DNA from: an uncultured Pseudomonadales bacterium
GTDB taxonomy: Bacteria > Patescibacteriota > Microgenomatia > UBA1400 > PJMF01
Reading direction: 5' to 3'
Assembly (NCBI GenBank): GCA_964611955.1
Contig: CAZTBN010000003.1
Span: 1-40,861, forward strand
Length of the DNA stretch: 40,861 nucleotides
Of the stretch, positions 8,335 to 17,529 are shown in pieces. A program made the position numbers and the translations under genes. How positions within the stretch are numbered: the stretch's first letter is position 1; every line of letters begins with the position of its first letter. The notes under the pieces are model-generated. The model was not told the origin of the DNA. It did not search any database and saw nothing but the letters and a program-made list of their open reading frames with translations.

Positions 8335-9814
8335 ACTGATTTTTTTTATTTTTTTTGCCATTAGTTATGTCATTAGAGCATTGTTGTGGTTAACGCGCCT
8401 CCAGCAAAAAGAATATCGTCGTGACAGATTATGGTCGTATTTAGTCACTCCAGATGGCATTAAAGAGTTATTAAAGATTTTTCCTAGGAAAAAAGAGTTC
8501 ACTCGCATCGGACTAGTGAGACCTAAATTCACTTTAAGAATATTGGCAGTGAGTTTGCTCTTGAATATTTTGGTTGTGGTTTTATTAATTAAGTTTTATC
8601 CGTCTTCGTTATTAGAGCAACTGATTTTTTCTTTGCTGATAATTTTTTTTGTTCCTTTTTTAAGTTTGCTAGCCAATCTGCCGGCTGCTGTAATTTTTGA
8701 GTGGCAAGTGGCACAAAAAACTAAGCAAGCTCAAGCCAAAATTGCTCAAGGAAAACCTAAAATTATCGGCATTACTGGTAGTTATGGTAAAACCAGTACT
8801 AAAATTATTCTGCAACATGTTTTACAACAAAAATATTCGGTTTATGCCACTCCTAAATCTTTTAATACCCGCTATAGTTTAACCAGAGACATAGCCGATC
8901 ATTATCAGGGCCAGGAGATAGCGATTATTGAGTATGCAGCTTATAAGCCTGGTGAAATTCAGGTTGTGGCGCAGAAAATAGCACCTGATTGGGCAGTTAT
9001 TACCGGTTTTACCCAACAACATTTGGCACTGTTTAAGTCTATAGATAATATAATTCAGGCGAAAGCAGAATTGATTAGGGCACTTAACTCTGATGGTTTG
9101 GTGTTTTACAATGCTCAGGATGAGGGAGTGAAACAAATCATCGCCTTGGCTCGCGCACATACCAATGAGTTGACTGATGAGCAGTTTATTGCCTGCAGCG
9201 GTTCTAACTCTTTAATTAAGTTAACAGCACCGAAATTAAATTCTCAGGGAAAGCTCAGCTTTATTTTTTATAACCAAGAAATTCAGACTAAATTGGTAGG
9301 TTATCGTTATTTAACTATTATTCAAACAGTGATGACAATCGCTACCCAGCTTAAGCTCAGCTCAAAGCAAATTATCACTGGCTTGCAAACATTTCAACCA
9401 CCGATCTTTTTTGTGAACTTTTTTCAACATCAAGATCAATTTTGGGTGTTAGATGATGGTCGGACCACCAATCAAGTTGCTTTTATGGATGTCATGGCTT
9501 TAACTCAAACAATTTCAACTAAAAAAAAGTTAACTGGTAAAAAATACTTGCTCACGAGTGGTATTGTGGATTTAGGTAGTCAATCAGACTCGATTCATTT
9601 AGAATTAGCTAAGCAGGCTAAAACAGTTTTTACCAACGTCATTTATAACGGCAATGTTGGTCAAGAGCAGTTTCATGCGGTTTTTGGTGATCAATTAATT
9701 ACTAACACGCACACCATAACAACAATTTTAGCTTCTTTGTCCGATCAAGATTTGTTAGTGATTGAAGGTTTTATTCCTTTGTGGCTACAAAATTATTTAA
9801 TTGTTAAAAAATAA
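8324..9814 (+). CDS. Mur ligase family protein (MurF-like) with an N-terminal polytopic membrane domain
   Basis: P-loop IIGITGSYGKTSTK at about residues 148-160 and a MurF-like DDGRTTN region. Residues 1-125 contain three hydrophobic helices (LIFFIFFAISYVIRALLWL, ILAVSLLLNILVVVLLI, LIFSLLIIFFVPFLSLLANL). The ATG at 8324 overlaps the upstream gene by 11 nt. Confidence 0.75.
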   Translation: MLLKLIFFIFFAISYVIRALLWLTRLQQKEYRRDRLWSYLVTPDGIKELLKIFPRKKEFTRIGLVRPKFTLRILAVSLLLNILVVVLLIKFYPSSLLEQLIFSLLIIFFVPFLSLLANLPAAVIFEWQVAQKTKQAQAKIAQGKPKIIGITGSYGKTSTKIILQHVLQQKYSVYATPKSFNTRYSLTRDIADHYQGQEIAIIEYAAYKPGEIQVVAQKIAPDWAVITGFTQQHLALFKSIDNIIQAKAELIRALNSDGLVFYNAQDEGVKQIIALARAHTNELTDEQFIACSGSNSLIKLTAPKLNSQGKLSFIFYNQEIQTKLVGYRYLTIIQTVMTIATQLKLSSKQIITGLQTFQPPIFFVNFFQHQDQFWVLDDGRTTNQVAFMDVMALTQTISTKKKLTGKKYLLTSGIVDLGSQSDSIHLELAKQAKTVFTNVIYNGNVGQEQFHAVFGDQLITNTHTITTILASLSDQDLLVIEGFIPLWLQNYLIVKK

Positions 9815-9815
9815 T

Positions 9816-11036
9816 ATGGCTATTTTTAATAGTTTAGGCTCTAACTATCGCTGGCGCGAGATCATGATTGCCACTAAGCAAATTTTTTGTTCTAGTAAAA
9901 AAGCTTTTGCTCAAATGCAGCAAGAGTTAGAAAACTTTTTTCAAGGAAAAGCAGTTTTTTTATTTAATGGCAGAGACGCGATTGAATATTGTTTGCGCTC
10001 TTTTGAGATTGGCTCAGGTGATCAAGTCTTAACTCAAGCCTTTTCTTGTTCTTCATTGGAAGAAGCTATTAATCGAGTCGGAGCTCAGGCTGTTTATTAT
10101 GATTTGCAACCGGAAAAACTTCAGACCAGCTTGACTCAAATTCAAACAGCTTACCGTCAAGCCAAAAATCCCAAAGCAGTGATCGTCCAGCACACCCTAG
10201 GATATGTTGATGAGTTATCATCAATTGCAGCATTCTGTCACGAGCACAACTTATTATTAATCGCTGATTTAGCTCAAGCCGTTGGAGCAACTGCTGCTAA
10301 TGGCCAAGCATTAGGTTTGCAAGCAGATGCAATTATTCTCTCTTTTGGCAGAGATAAAATTTTGGATGCTGTGGTAGGTGGGGCAGTGATCTTAAAAAAA
10401 CTGCCTACTCAGGATTTGTCATCAACCTTAACTCAACCGATTAAAACTAATATTTTACCGTTGTTACTTTACCCACATTTAACCTGGAAAATTAGAACAC
10501 TTTATGGTTTAGGCATAGGTAAATTTTTTCATTGGTTGGCGCAAAAACTGGGTTTAATGACCACTGCCATTGCCAGTCCACACTCACATTATCAATCTTT
10601 TCCGAAAAAATTTTCCTTATTACTTTTGCATCGTTGGCAACATCTGTCAGCTCAGTTGCGTCATCGTCGCAAGTTAGCCCAGTTTTATTTTAGTCAGTTG
10701 CAAGGTTTAGCTTATGTTAAATTACCCATCACTGAGTTAGACATAAAATCAGGCACTAATCTGCGTTTTCCCTTATTGTTGAATAAATCAGAAGCAGTGG
10801 CATCACTGCTCACATTTTTAGCCCAACATCAAGTTTATTTATTTGATCGTTGGTATCGGCAAGCTGTAGACAGTGGACAGATGAAGTTTACAACCAGCTA
10901 TGTAGCTGGCTCTTGTTCGCAAGCAGAAATTCTAGCCCAGAGAATTATTAATTTGCCTACACATCAAAATTTATCACTTAAACAAGCTCAAGAGATTATT
11001 AATTTAATTATTAACTGGAATCAATCTCAATTATGA
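9816..11036 (+). CDS. DegT/DnrJ/EryC1/StrS-family PLP-dependent enzyme (aminotransferase-like)
   Basis: GRDAIEYCL...GSGDQVLTQAFSC...IADLAQAVGA...LSFGRDKIL (Lys in the SFxxxK position). The ORF track starts at TTG 9801; the ATG at 9816 lies 1 nt after the upstream stop. Confidence 0.8.
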   Translation: MAIFNSLGSNYRWREIMIATKQIFCSSKKAFAQMQQELENFFQGKAVFLFNGRDAIEYCLRSFEIGSGDQVLTQAFSCSSLEEAINRVGAQAVYYDLQPEKLQTSLTQIQTAYRQAKNPKAVIVQHTLGYVDELSSIAAFCHEHNLLLIADLAQAVGATAANGQALGLQADAIILSFGRDKILDAVVGGAVILKKLPTQDLSSTLTQPIKTNILPLLLYPHLTWKIRTLYGLGIGKFFHWLAQKLGLMTTAIASPHSHYQSFPKKFSLLLLHRWQHLSAQLRHRRKLAQFYFSQLQGLAYVKLPITELDIKSGTNLRFPLLLNKSEAVASLLTFLAQHQVYLFDRWYRQAVDSGQMKFTTSYVAGSCSQAEILAQRIINLPTHQNLSLKQAQEIINLIINWNQSQL

Positions 11037-12064
11037 CTCAGATCTTGATCGAACCAATTACAGATAAACCAAGATGGGAAAAATTTGTTAAGGTTCACCC
11101 AGATGCTAATTTTTTGCAATCTTATAACTGGGGCTTATTTAATCAAAAGTTGGTTAAAAAATTTTTTCCCTTAGCTATTTTTGCAACTGGGCAACAGGTT
11201 GGTGCTGCCATGGTGATTAAAGAAACAGCAAAACGGGGTAATTATTTAACAATTGCAGGAGGGCCATTGTTAAATTGGCAAGCTGCAGACACTAGTGAGC
11301 TTTTTCAAGCATTGATCAAGTATTTGCAACAACTAGCACAGCAAGAAAACTGTATTTTTATTAGAATCAGGCCACAAGCTTTAGCTAGTAGTGCAGTTAA
11401 AAATATTTTTACCCAAGCCGGTTTAAAGCCAGCACCAATGCACTTAACAGCAGATTTAACTCTGCAACTAGATTTAACCCAAACCGATGAGCAGTTATTG
11501 GCTCAGATGAGGAAAAATACTCGTTATGAGATTAAAAAAGGTTTGAAAATTGGTGTGAGCACCAAACTGATTACTGATCTAAATTTTATTGATGAGTTTT
11601 ATCAACAGCAACTATTTTTAGCTAAGAAACATAACTTTGTGCCTTTTGCTTATGAGTTTTTGCGTTTACAGTTTGAAACTTTCTTGGCAGATAATCAAGT
11701 TGCTTTTGTAAATTCGTATCAGAATGAACAGCTTTTGGCTTCTGCTTTTGTGATTTTTTATCAAAAAGAAGCGGTTTATCATTATGGAGTTTCTACAGTG
11801 GCTAATGAACGTTTACCAGGATCTTATGTAGCTCAATGGGCAGCTATTAGAGAAGCTCGAGCCAGAGGCTGCACAGTTTATAATTTTTGGGGAGTTTCTC
11901 CTTTAACTAATCCAGATCATCGTTTTGCTGGAGTGTCTTTATTTAAGCGTGGTTTTGGTGGGCAAGAAATTCAACATCTGCCTGCTCAGGATTTAGCCAC
12001 CTCGCCTTTATATGGTGTAACTAAAATTTTTGAGTTGATTAGAAAAAAAACCAGAAATTTATAG
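11033..12064 (+). CDS. FemABX-family peptidyltransferase (peptidoglycan bridge formation type)
   Basis: FLQSYNWG, MRKNTRYEIKKG, YHYGVS, PGSYVAQWAAIREARARGCTVYNFWGV and SLFKRGFGG. ATGA overlap with the upstream gene. Confidence 0.8.
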   Translation: MTQILIEPITDKPRWEKFVKVHPDANFLQSYNWGLFNQKLVKKFFPLAIFATGQQVGAAMVIKETAKRGNYLTIAGGPLLNWQAADTSELFQALIKYLQQLAQQENCIFIRIRPQALASSAVKNIFTQAGLKPAPMHLTADLTLQLDLTQTDEQLLAQMRKNTRYEIKKGLKIGVSTKLITDLNFIDEFYQQQLFLAKKHNFVPFAYEFLRLQFETFLADNQVAFVNSYQNEQLLASAFVIFYQKEAVYHYGVSTVANERLPGSYVAQWAAIREARARGCTVYNFWGVSPLTNPDHRFAGVSLFKRGFGGQEIQHLPAQDLATSPLYGVTKIFELIRKKTRNL

Positions 12065-12068
12065 GGGA

Positions 12069-13481
12069 CTATCCTCTTCTAACATCATAGCTAATCAAAT
12101 ACTCTAGAAAAATGGCAGCTGGATCTTCCAATAAAAACTGTTGAAATTCTTGATAAATAACCTGTCGCTCATTTTGGTTTAGAGTTTGTCTGCCAGTTTC
12201 TAATAAACTGTCAATTCTAGTATTTCTATAGTTTGAAAAATTAGTGCCTTGTTCTGAGTGCCATAAAAAATATTGATCTGGATCAATCGGAATTTCTTGG
12301 CCAATTAAGAGTAGCTGAAAATTCTGTAAATCGGGAAAGTTAGTCACCTTTAAGTTAACGGTAATTTTTAAATTAGCGCACAACTCTTTTTCTTTAATAT
12401 CGCTACTAGATTGACAGCTGTCTTGAGCTAAATTGCCTAGTTCTTCCCATTCTTGGGCAATACCTTCTGCTCGTTGTTGATAAGTTGAGGTAGTAGTTAG
12501 GTTTAATGCCAAAGGCTGATCGGGCAGACTGCTAAGTAATCTTTCCACTGCTCGATCTAAATCTTTAGTGTAGTCCTTACCGCCTTCTAAATAAGCCCAG
12601 GAGTTAGGATTAATTGGCCCGGTGGCCTTAAGATCATTGTTGAGTTTTTGCGTAGCATAGGCCAAAGCTTGTTTGACATTTTTAGTTAACATCGGATCAT
12701 TATGATTAAAAAAAACAGCCAAGTATTGGTCATAATTTATTTTCTCACCAATGACAACCGATTTATCAGGCCAATCAGCAAGTTCTCCGCGTTGCTTAAT
12801 ATCTGATAAATAGTCAACTTCTCCTTTTTCAAAGCCAATAATAGCATCTTGATCAGTTAAATAAAAACGATATCTGAGATTATCTTTTGGTCCTTGAAGA
12901 GTAATCTGCTTGAGTTTATTACTTTTCATTTGATAGGAAATGATTTTATAGGGGCCGATGCCGATTAAAGTTGGTCTTTTGAAAAGGCCCAGATAGCGAT
13001 CAACTGCAGGTTTTAACAGTGGCTCAGTGACAACAGCAGGAAAGGGAGCAAAAGTATCAGGTAGTTTAAAAATAATATCATTAGGAGTGCTAATGGTTTC
13101 TACATCTTTAAAATTATAATTGATATCATCTGGAGTGAGATCTTCACCATTCTGCCATTTGACCCCCTTTTTAATAATAAAACGATAAGTTTTACCATCG
13201 TTTTCTGTGACCCAACGTTCTGCTAATAAGGGTTTAATCGTTTGATCTTCTGGATTAACTGTTGTCAAACCAACACTAAGTTTATTTTTAATTTCTTGAG
13301 GAAGATTTTGTAAATTGTACTCACCCACAATACCAATGTATTTGTTGGGTTTAATGGAGATTTTTTTAGCCAAGTATGGCATGAGCAGTGAGAAGATCAG
13401 TACAGCTCCAATCACAGATACTACAAAGGTTAAACCATGTTTTTTTACATAAGCTGTGATGTACCAATAAAGTTTGCGCAT
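12069..13481 (-). CDS. Family-5 (peptide/nickel type) ABC solute-binding protein, N-terminally membrane anchored
   Basis: N-terminal TM LTFVVSVIGAVLIFSLLMPYL. SBP_bac_5-like segment YRFIIKKGVKWQNGEDLTPDDINYNF. No permease or ATPase gene is adjacent. Confidence 0.7.
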   Translation of the reverse strand: MRKLYWYITAYVKKHGLTFVVSVIGAVLIFSLLMPYLAKKISIKPNKYIGIVGEYNLQNLPQEIKNKLSVGLTTVNPEDQTIKPLLAERWVTENDGKTYRFIIKKGVKWQNGEDLTPDDINYNFKDVETISTPNDIIFKLPDTFAPFPAVVTEPLLKPAVDRYLGLFKRPTLIGIGPYKIISYQMKSNKLKQITLQGPKDNLRYRFYLTDQDAIIGFEKGEVDYLSDIKQRGELADWPDKSVVIGEKINYDQYLAVFFNHNDPMLTKNVKQALAYATQKLNNDLKATGPINPNSWAYLEGGKDYTKDLDRAVERLLSSLPDQPLALNLTTTSTYQQRAEGIAQEWEELGNLAQDSCQSSSDIKEKELCANLKITVNLKVTNFPDLQNFQLLLIGQEIPIDPDQYFLWHSEQGTNFSNYRNTRIDSLLETGRQTLNQNERQVIYQEFQQFLLEDPAAIFLEYLISYDVRRG

Positions 13482-13534
13482 TAATTTGTTAACAACTTAA
13501 TTATTGCAAATAATCACCTATTTTCTACATACAA

Positions 13535-13759
13535 TTAGTAAATTAAGTTTAAGATCGAAATGACAATAAAAAGCACCAAAGCAATAATCGTGCCAGTAAA
13601 AATTATTTTTTCAATCCCTTTGCGAGTATGATAGGTTTCACCGCCTCCGCCTCCGCCACCCCAAGCAGCGCCAATACCGCCTCCTTGAGATTGCAGTAGA
13701 ATTAGAACAATCAAAAAGATTGAAATAATGATTTGAAAAATAGCTAAGGTTTGTTGCAT
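13535..13759 (-). CDS. secG: Preprotein translocase subunit SecG
   Basis: Two TM helices flank the Gly-rich loop LLQSQGGGIGAAWGGGGGGG. The start was moved to the internal ATG (MQQTLAIFQIIIS...); the ORF track gives 13535..13786. Confidence 0.8.
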   Translation of the reverse strand: MQQTLAIFQIIISIFLIVLILLQSQGGGIGAAWGGGGGGGETYHTRKGIEKIIFTGTIIALVLFIVISILNLIY

Positions 13760-13821
13760 ATACTTCTTTTTATTTGAGCTTAACAATTCACTAGTTAATA
13801 ATAAGCCTAGCGTAATTAAGG

Positions 13822-15465
13822 TTACTTGGCAATTGCCTGACTTCTAGTTTCTCTGATCACATTCACCGTGACTGTGCCAGGATAAGTGAGCTTATCTTGA
13901 ATTTTATCTCTGATTTTAGTTGCCAATACAGTGACATCATCATCTTTAGATTGTTTAGGATTTAAGATCACTCTAATTTCTCGACCAGCTTTAACTGCAT
14001 AAGCCTCTTCAACTTCTGAATAGCTGGTAGCAATCTGTTCTAGATCTTCTAATCTTTCCACATACTCGTCAATGTTTTCATATCTAGCTCCTGGACGAGC
14101 GCCTGAGATAGCATCGGCAATATAGACAACCATGGCTTCAGGGCTACTGAAAGCTGTGTCTTCATGGTGTTGAGCAATACAATCAATCACTGCCTGGGGC
14201 ATATTGAATTTTTTAGCAATTTTAACTCCTATTTCTACATGACTACCGTCTGGAGTTTCAGATACTTTACCAATATCGTGTAATAAACAGCCGAGTTTAA
14301 CTGTATTAACATCAACCCCTAATTCATGAGCCAATTTAATACCAATCTTGGTTTCTTCCAAGGTGTGTTTAATCATATTCTGCCCATAAGAAAAACGATA
14401 TTTAAATCTACCCAGAATTTGAATTAAACCTGGTTGTAGATTATAAACTCCCACTTCTTGACATAATTCCTTGCCCGCTTCCATCATTGATGCATCAATA
14501 TCTTCCTTAACTTTAGCAATTGTTTTTTCAATTCTTTCAGGCTGAATGCGACCATCTTTAATAAGTTTTTCTAAGGCAACTCGAGCAATTTCTCTTCTAA
14601 CTGGATCAAAACAAGACAACCGAATTTCAGTGTCAGAATAATCAAGATCTAAATCAACTCCAGTTTGACGCTCAAAAGAGTGAATATTTCTACCTGATTT
14701 ACCAATAATCTTGCCTTTCACTTCTGCAGAGGGGATAGCCACAATTGAAACAGTGTACTCAGAAACGAAATCAGTTGCTCCATGGCGCATGGCATCGATG
14801 AGAATTTCTTTTGATTTTTCTTTAGCTTCCAGCTGCGCTTCTTCTTCTTTTTGTCTAATCAATTGAGACATTTCTTGAGTTAGTTTTTTTTCTAACCCCT
14901 CAATTAAAATATTTTGTGCTTCTTGAGCAGTAGTGCCAGAAATTTCTTCCAGCCTTTTAAGCATTTTATTTTTAGTAGTCTCAATTTTTTGTTTAAGTTG
15001 CTCAATTGCCTCTTTATCTTGAGTTAAGCTAACCTCTTTAGTTTGGATCTCGTCTAATCTACGGTCAAGTTTATCAATTTTACTATCCAAAGCTCTTTGA
15101 TGTTGATTAAATTCTGCTTCTTGTTTGCGAGCTTCTTGCTCTGCTTTAGCTTTAACTTGTAAAGCTTGATCTTTAGCCTCCACAATAATTTCTCTAGCTT
15201 GAGCTTGAGCCTCACGCAACATGGAAGTGATTTCTTGTTGAGTAGCTTGAGATTTAGCTGCAGCTGTTCTGGCTTCATTTTTTTGATCAGCTATTGCTTG
15301 GGCTTGTGCCTGGGTAGTTTGGCTGCTAACTGGAGTTGAGCTTGGTTCTACTGACCTTGAGTCAACTGGTTTAATAATAATTTTTTCCTGTTTTTTTTTG
15401 GCTATTTTTTGTTTATTTACTCTGGTTTTTGAAAACAAAGACGAGAGATTGTTAAAAAATGTCAT
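13822..15465 (-). CDS. rny: Ribonuclease Y
   Basis: Charged coiled-coil N-terminal half, KH domain (KGKIIGKSGRNIHSFERQTGVDL) and HD domain (LLHDIGK ... QHHE). The recA-rny neighbourhood is as in Firmicutes. No N-terminal TM helix; an in-frame TAA lies 4 codons upstream of the ATG. Confidence 0.92.
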   Translation of the reverse strand: MTFFNNLSSLFSKTRVNKQKIAKKKQEKIIIKPVDSRSVEPSSTPVSSQTTQAQAQAIADQKNEARTAAAKSQATQQEITSMLREAQAQAREIIVEAKDQALQVKAKAEQEARKQEAEFNQHQRALDSKIDKLDRRLDEIQTKEVSLTQDKEAIEQLKQKIETTKNKMLKRLEEISGTTAQEAQNILIEGLEKKLTQEMSQLIRQKEEEAQLEAKEKSKEILIDAMRHGATDFVSEYTVSIVAIPSAEVKGKIIGKSGRNIHSFERQTGVDLDLDYSDTEIRLSCFDPVRREIARVALEKLIKDGRIQPERIEKTIAKVKEDIDASMMEAGKELCQEVGVYNLQPGLIQILGRFKYRFSYGQNMIKHTLEETKIGIKLAHELGVDVNTVKLGCLLHDIGKVSETPDGSHVEIGVKIAKKFNMPQAVIDCIAQHHEDTAFSSPEAMVVYIADAISGARPGARYENIDEYVERLEDLEQIATSYSEVEEAYAVKAGREIRVILNPKQSKDDDVTVLATKIRDKIQDKLTYPGTVTVNVIRETRSQAIAK

Positions 15466-15499
15466 AATAATTCCTTAATAATTTTTAAATAATAAAGTT

Positions 15500-15524
15500 A
15501 GGCAATTACTAACAGTAATTGCCT
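15500..15524 (-). promoter_or_regulatory. Perfect 11-bp stem-loop in the rny 5' leader
   Basis: AGGCAATTACT (15500-15510) pairs with AGTAATTGCCT (15514-15524) across a 3-nt loop. It sits about 35 nt upstream of the rny start codon on the minus strand. Function unknown. Confidence 0.4.
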
Positions 15525-15600
15525 CAAGAATTCGCTATCTATAACAAGACAGCTATTCTGATTTACAGAGACGTGAAAAGTTCAACATGGAGAAATAACA

Positions 15601-15705
15601 AATTTAAAAAATCAAAAATTACGACGCACTATGATTTAAGTCACAATCCAGGATTAATAGATGGGTTGAATTTAGAATCATAAATAAATAACTAATGTCG
15701 TAATT
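15601..15705 (-). terminator. Compound hairpin plus U-run; candidate recA 3'-UTR terminator or sRNA 3' end
   Basis: Outer stem AATTACGAC (15617-15625) / GTCGTAATT (15697-15705). Inner stem TATGATT (15630-15636) / AATCATA (15676-15682). On the minus strand the structure is followed by TTTGATTTTTTAAATT. Confidence 0.4.
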
Positions 15706-15932
15706 TCTAATATAAATTTGTATTTCATCCTTGCGCTATAATTTTGCTAACCTAAGACTCGATTTTCATTATCAACTTAGCAACAAGGTCACGCTTAACT
15801 TATCATTGAAGCTGTCACGCTTCTGTAAGTTGCATTATAAGCTTTACAGGCGTTACAGTCAAATAAATTTATAGCCAATAAATATTTAAAAAAGATTTAT
15901 TTATCAATGTTTTTCATTTATGTACCGAAAGC

Positions 15933-17015
15933 TTATTTTTCGTCTTGCTTGATCTTAGCCCAAATATCTTTTTCAATCTTTTCCATTAATTTTTCATTTT
16001 TTTCTAACTCTTCTTTACTCGATTCTCTACCTTGAGCGATCACTTCATCAGCATATTTATAAAAACTGCCGGATCTTTCCACAATATTCATGTTTACAGC
16101 TAAATCGAGCACATCTCCGCTTCTGGAAATGCCTTTGTCATTCATATCAAACTCTGCTTCTCTAAATGGAGGAGCAACCTTGTTTTTTTTGATTTTAACT
16201 CGATGACGACTGCCAGTGACAACCTCACCTTCTTTAATGGTACCGATTCTTCTGATATCAACACGTTGTGAGGCGTAGAATTTAATAGCATTACCTCCAG
16301 AGGTCGTTTCAGGACTACCAAACATAATTCCGATTTTCATTCTAATTTGATTGGTAAAGATGACCAAAGTGCCGGTGCGATTGATAGCAGCAGCAAGTTT
16401 TCTCATGGCTTGAGACATTAATCTAGCCTGAACTCCAACTTGAGAATCACCCATTTCCCCTTCAATTTCTGATTTAGGTACTAAAGCGGCAATAGAATCA
16501 ATCACTACAATATCAACACCACCTGAGCGAATTAAGCGTTCTGCTATTTCTAAAGCTTGCTCACCGTAATCAGGTTGAGAGATCAGCATTTCATCTAGAT
16601 TAACACCAATCTTTCTAGCCCGATTAGGATCAAGGGCGTGCTCAACATCGATAAAAGCAGCAACACCGCCTTTTTTTTGCACCTCCGCAATAGCATGCAA
16701 ACATAAAGTGGTTTTGCCTGAAGCTTCTGGTCCATAAATTTCAATAATGCGGCCTTTGGGATAACCGCCCACACCTAAAGCTAGGTCAAGTGAGATAGAA
16801 CCTGAAGGAACAGCTGGCATTTTGATCACGTTTTTAACAGAATCGCCCATTTTCATAATTGAGCCTTTGCCATACTCTTTTTCAATCTGTTGCATAGCAA
16901 TATTAACGATTTTGCTTTTTTCACTCATGGTTTGCTCTTGTTGAGTTTGTGATGCACTTACTTGATCATAAGTGACTTTTTTTTCTTCTGTTTTAGTAGA
17001 GGCTTTTTTAGTCAT
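15933..17015 (-). CDS. recA: Recombinase RecA
   Basis: Walker [10 protein letters not shown] and the typical [15 protein letters not shown] and [10 protein letters not shown]-like segments. SD AAAGGATG lies 6 nt upstream of the ATG at 17015, which supports the long form with a 29-aa N-terminal extension. Confidence 0.96.
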   Translation of the reverse strand: MTKKASTKTEEKKVTYDQVSASQTQQEQTMSEKSKIVNIAMQQIEKEYGKGSIMKMGDSVKNVIKMPAVPSGSISLDLALGVGGYPKGRIIEIYGPEASGKTTLCLHAIAEVQKKGGVAAFIDVEHALDPNRARKIGVNLDEMLISQPDYGEQALEIAERLIRSGGVDIVVIDSIAALVPKSEIEGEMGDSQVGVQARLMSQAMRKLAAAINRTGTLVIFTNQIRMKIGIMFGSPETTSGGNAIKFYASQRVDIRRIGTIKEGEVVTGSRHRVKIKKNKVAPPFREAEFDMNDKGISRSGDVLDLAVNMNIVERSGSFYKYADEVIAQGRESSKEELEKNEKLMEKIEKDIWAKIKQDEK

Positions 17016-17229
17016 AAATCATCCTTTATCTTAAGTTAATAAATAATAGGTTTGGTTTTTGTTCACTAATTTACTATACTTAACCTTTAGTAAAAAATGA
17101 ATAGTGAATTTATTTTTTATCTGGATTAAAATAGAGTAACTTAAATATTAGCAATTAATTCTGACTTTTAGCTGACAAATTGATTGCAGTTTTAAGAAGC
17201 AAGAAGGAAGTAGTTTAACAAAATAGAAA

Positions 17230-17302
17230 ACGGGCTGTGGCTCAGTTGGTAGAGCACGCGCATGGGGTGCGCGGGGTCGCTGGTTCGAGTCCAGTCAGCC
17301 CG
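17230..17302 (+). tRNA. tRNA-Pro (anticodon GGG)
   Basis: Manual cloverleaf. Acceptor CGGGCTG/CAGCCCG (C1:G72, A73, as expected for Pro). D-arm GCTC-AGTTGGTA-GAGC. Anticodon stem CGCGC/GCGCG with loop AT-GGG-GT (G37). T-arm GCTGG-TTCGAGT-CCAGT. CCA is not encoded. Confidence 0.9.
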
Positions 17303-17304
17303 AC

Positions 17305-17346
17305 AAATTAGGAAATCTAGATTCGAATCTAGATTTCCTAATTTTT
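17305..17346 (+). terminator. Intrinsic terminator after tRNA-Pro
   Basis: Perfect 38-nt palindrome AATTAGGAAATCTAGATTC/GAATCTAGATTTCCTAATT (17305-17342), followed by TTTTG. Confidence 0.8.
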
Positions 17347-17467
17347 GGGGTTGCAGTGGATCAACCACTGTTCTGCCCTAGAGTGCGCAACACTTTTATT
17401 TAAAAATTTTCAATCTCGTGTAGCACCCGAGTAATACTGAGAGTTTTGCTGAGCAAAACGAACAGTG

Positions 17468-17492
17468 GAGTCCAGTCAGCCCGACAAATTAG
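17468..17492 (+). repeat. Direct repeat of the tRNA-Pro 3' end (25/25 nt identical to 17286-17310)
   Basis: GAGTCCAGTCAGCCCGACAAATTAG occurs at 17286-17310 (T-loop to acceptor 3' strand plus 8 nt) and again at 17468-17492. The sequence after each copy is a related but diverged hairpin. Confidence 0.85.
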
Positions 17493-17497
17493 AAAAT

Positions 17498-17529
17498 CCA
17501 GATTAAAATCTGGTTTTTTTATTTTTTTT
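17498..17529 (+). terminator. Intrinsic terminator-like hairpin after the tRNA-fragment repeat; also lies downstream of the minus-strand gene ending at 17557
   Basis: CCAGAT (17498-17503) pairs with ATCTGG (17508-17513) across a 4-nt loop, followed by TTTTTTTATTTTTTTT. Confidence 0.6.

Noticed and set aside
12064-12069. Convergent femX-like and SBP genes whose stops are separated by 4 nt with no terminator.
   Set aside because: This is probably just compact genome organisation. No hairpin or other signal was seen at the junction.
17347-17492. A second complete (pseudo)tRNA ending at the repeated 3' fragment.
   Set aside because: There is no matching 5' acceptor strand (CGGGCTG) and no D or anticodon arms upstream. 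Identity begins only at GAGTCC within the T-loop, so this is a fragment and not a gene.
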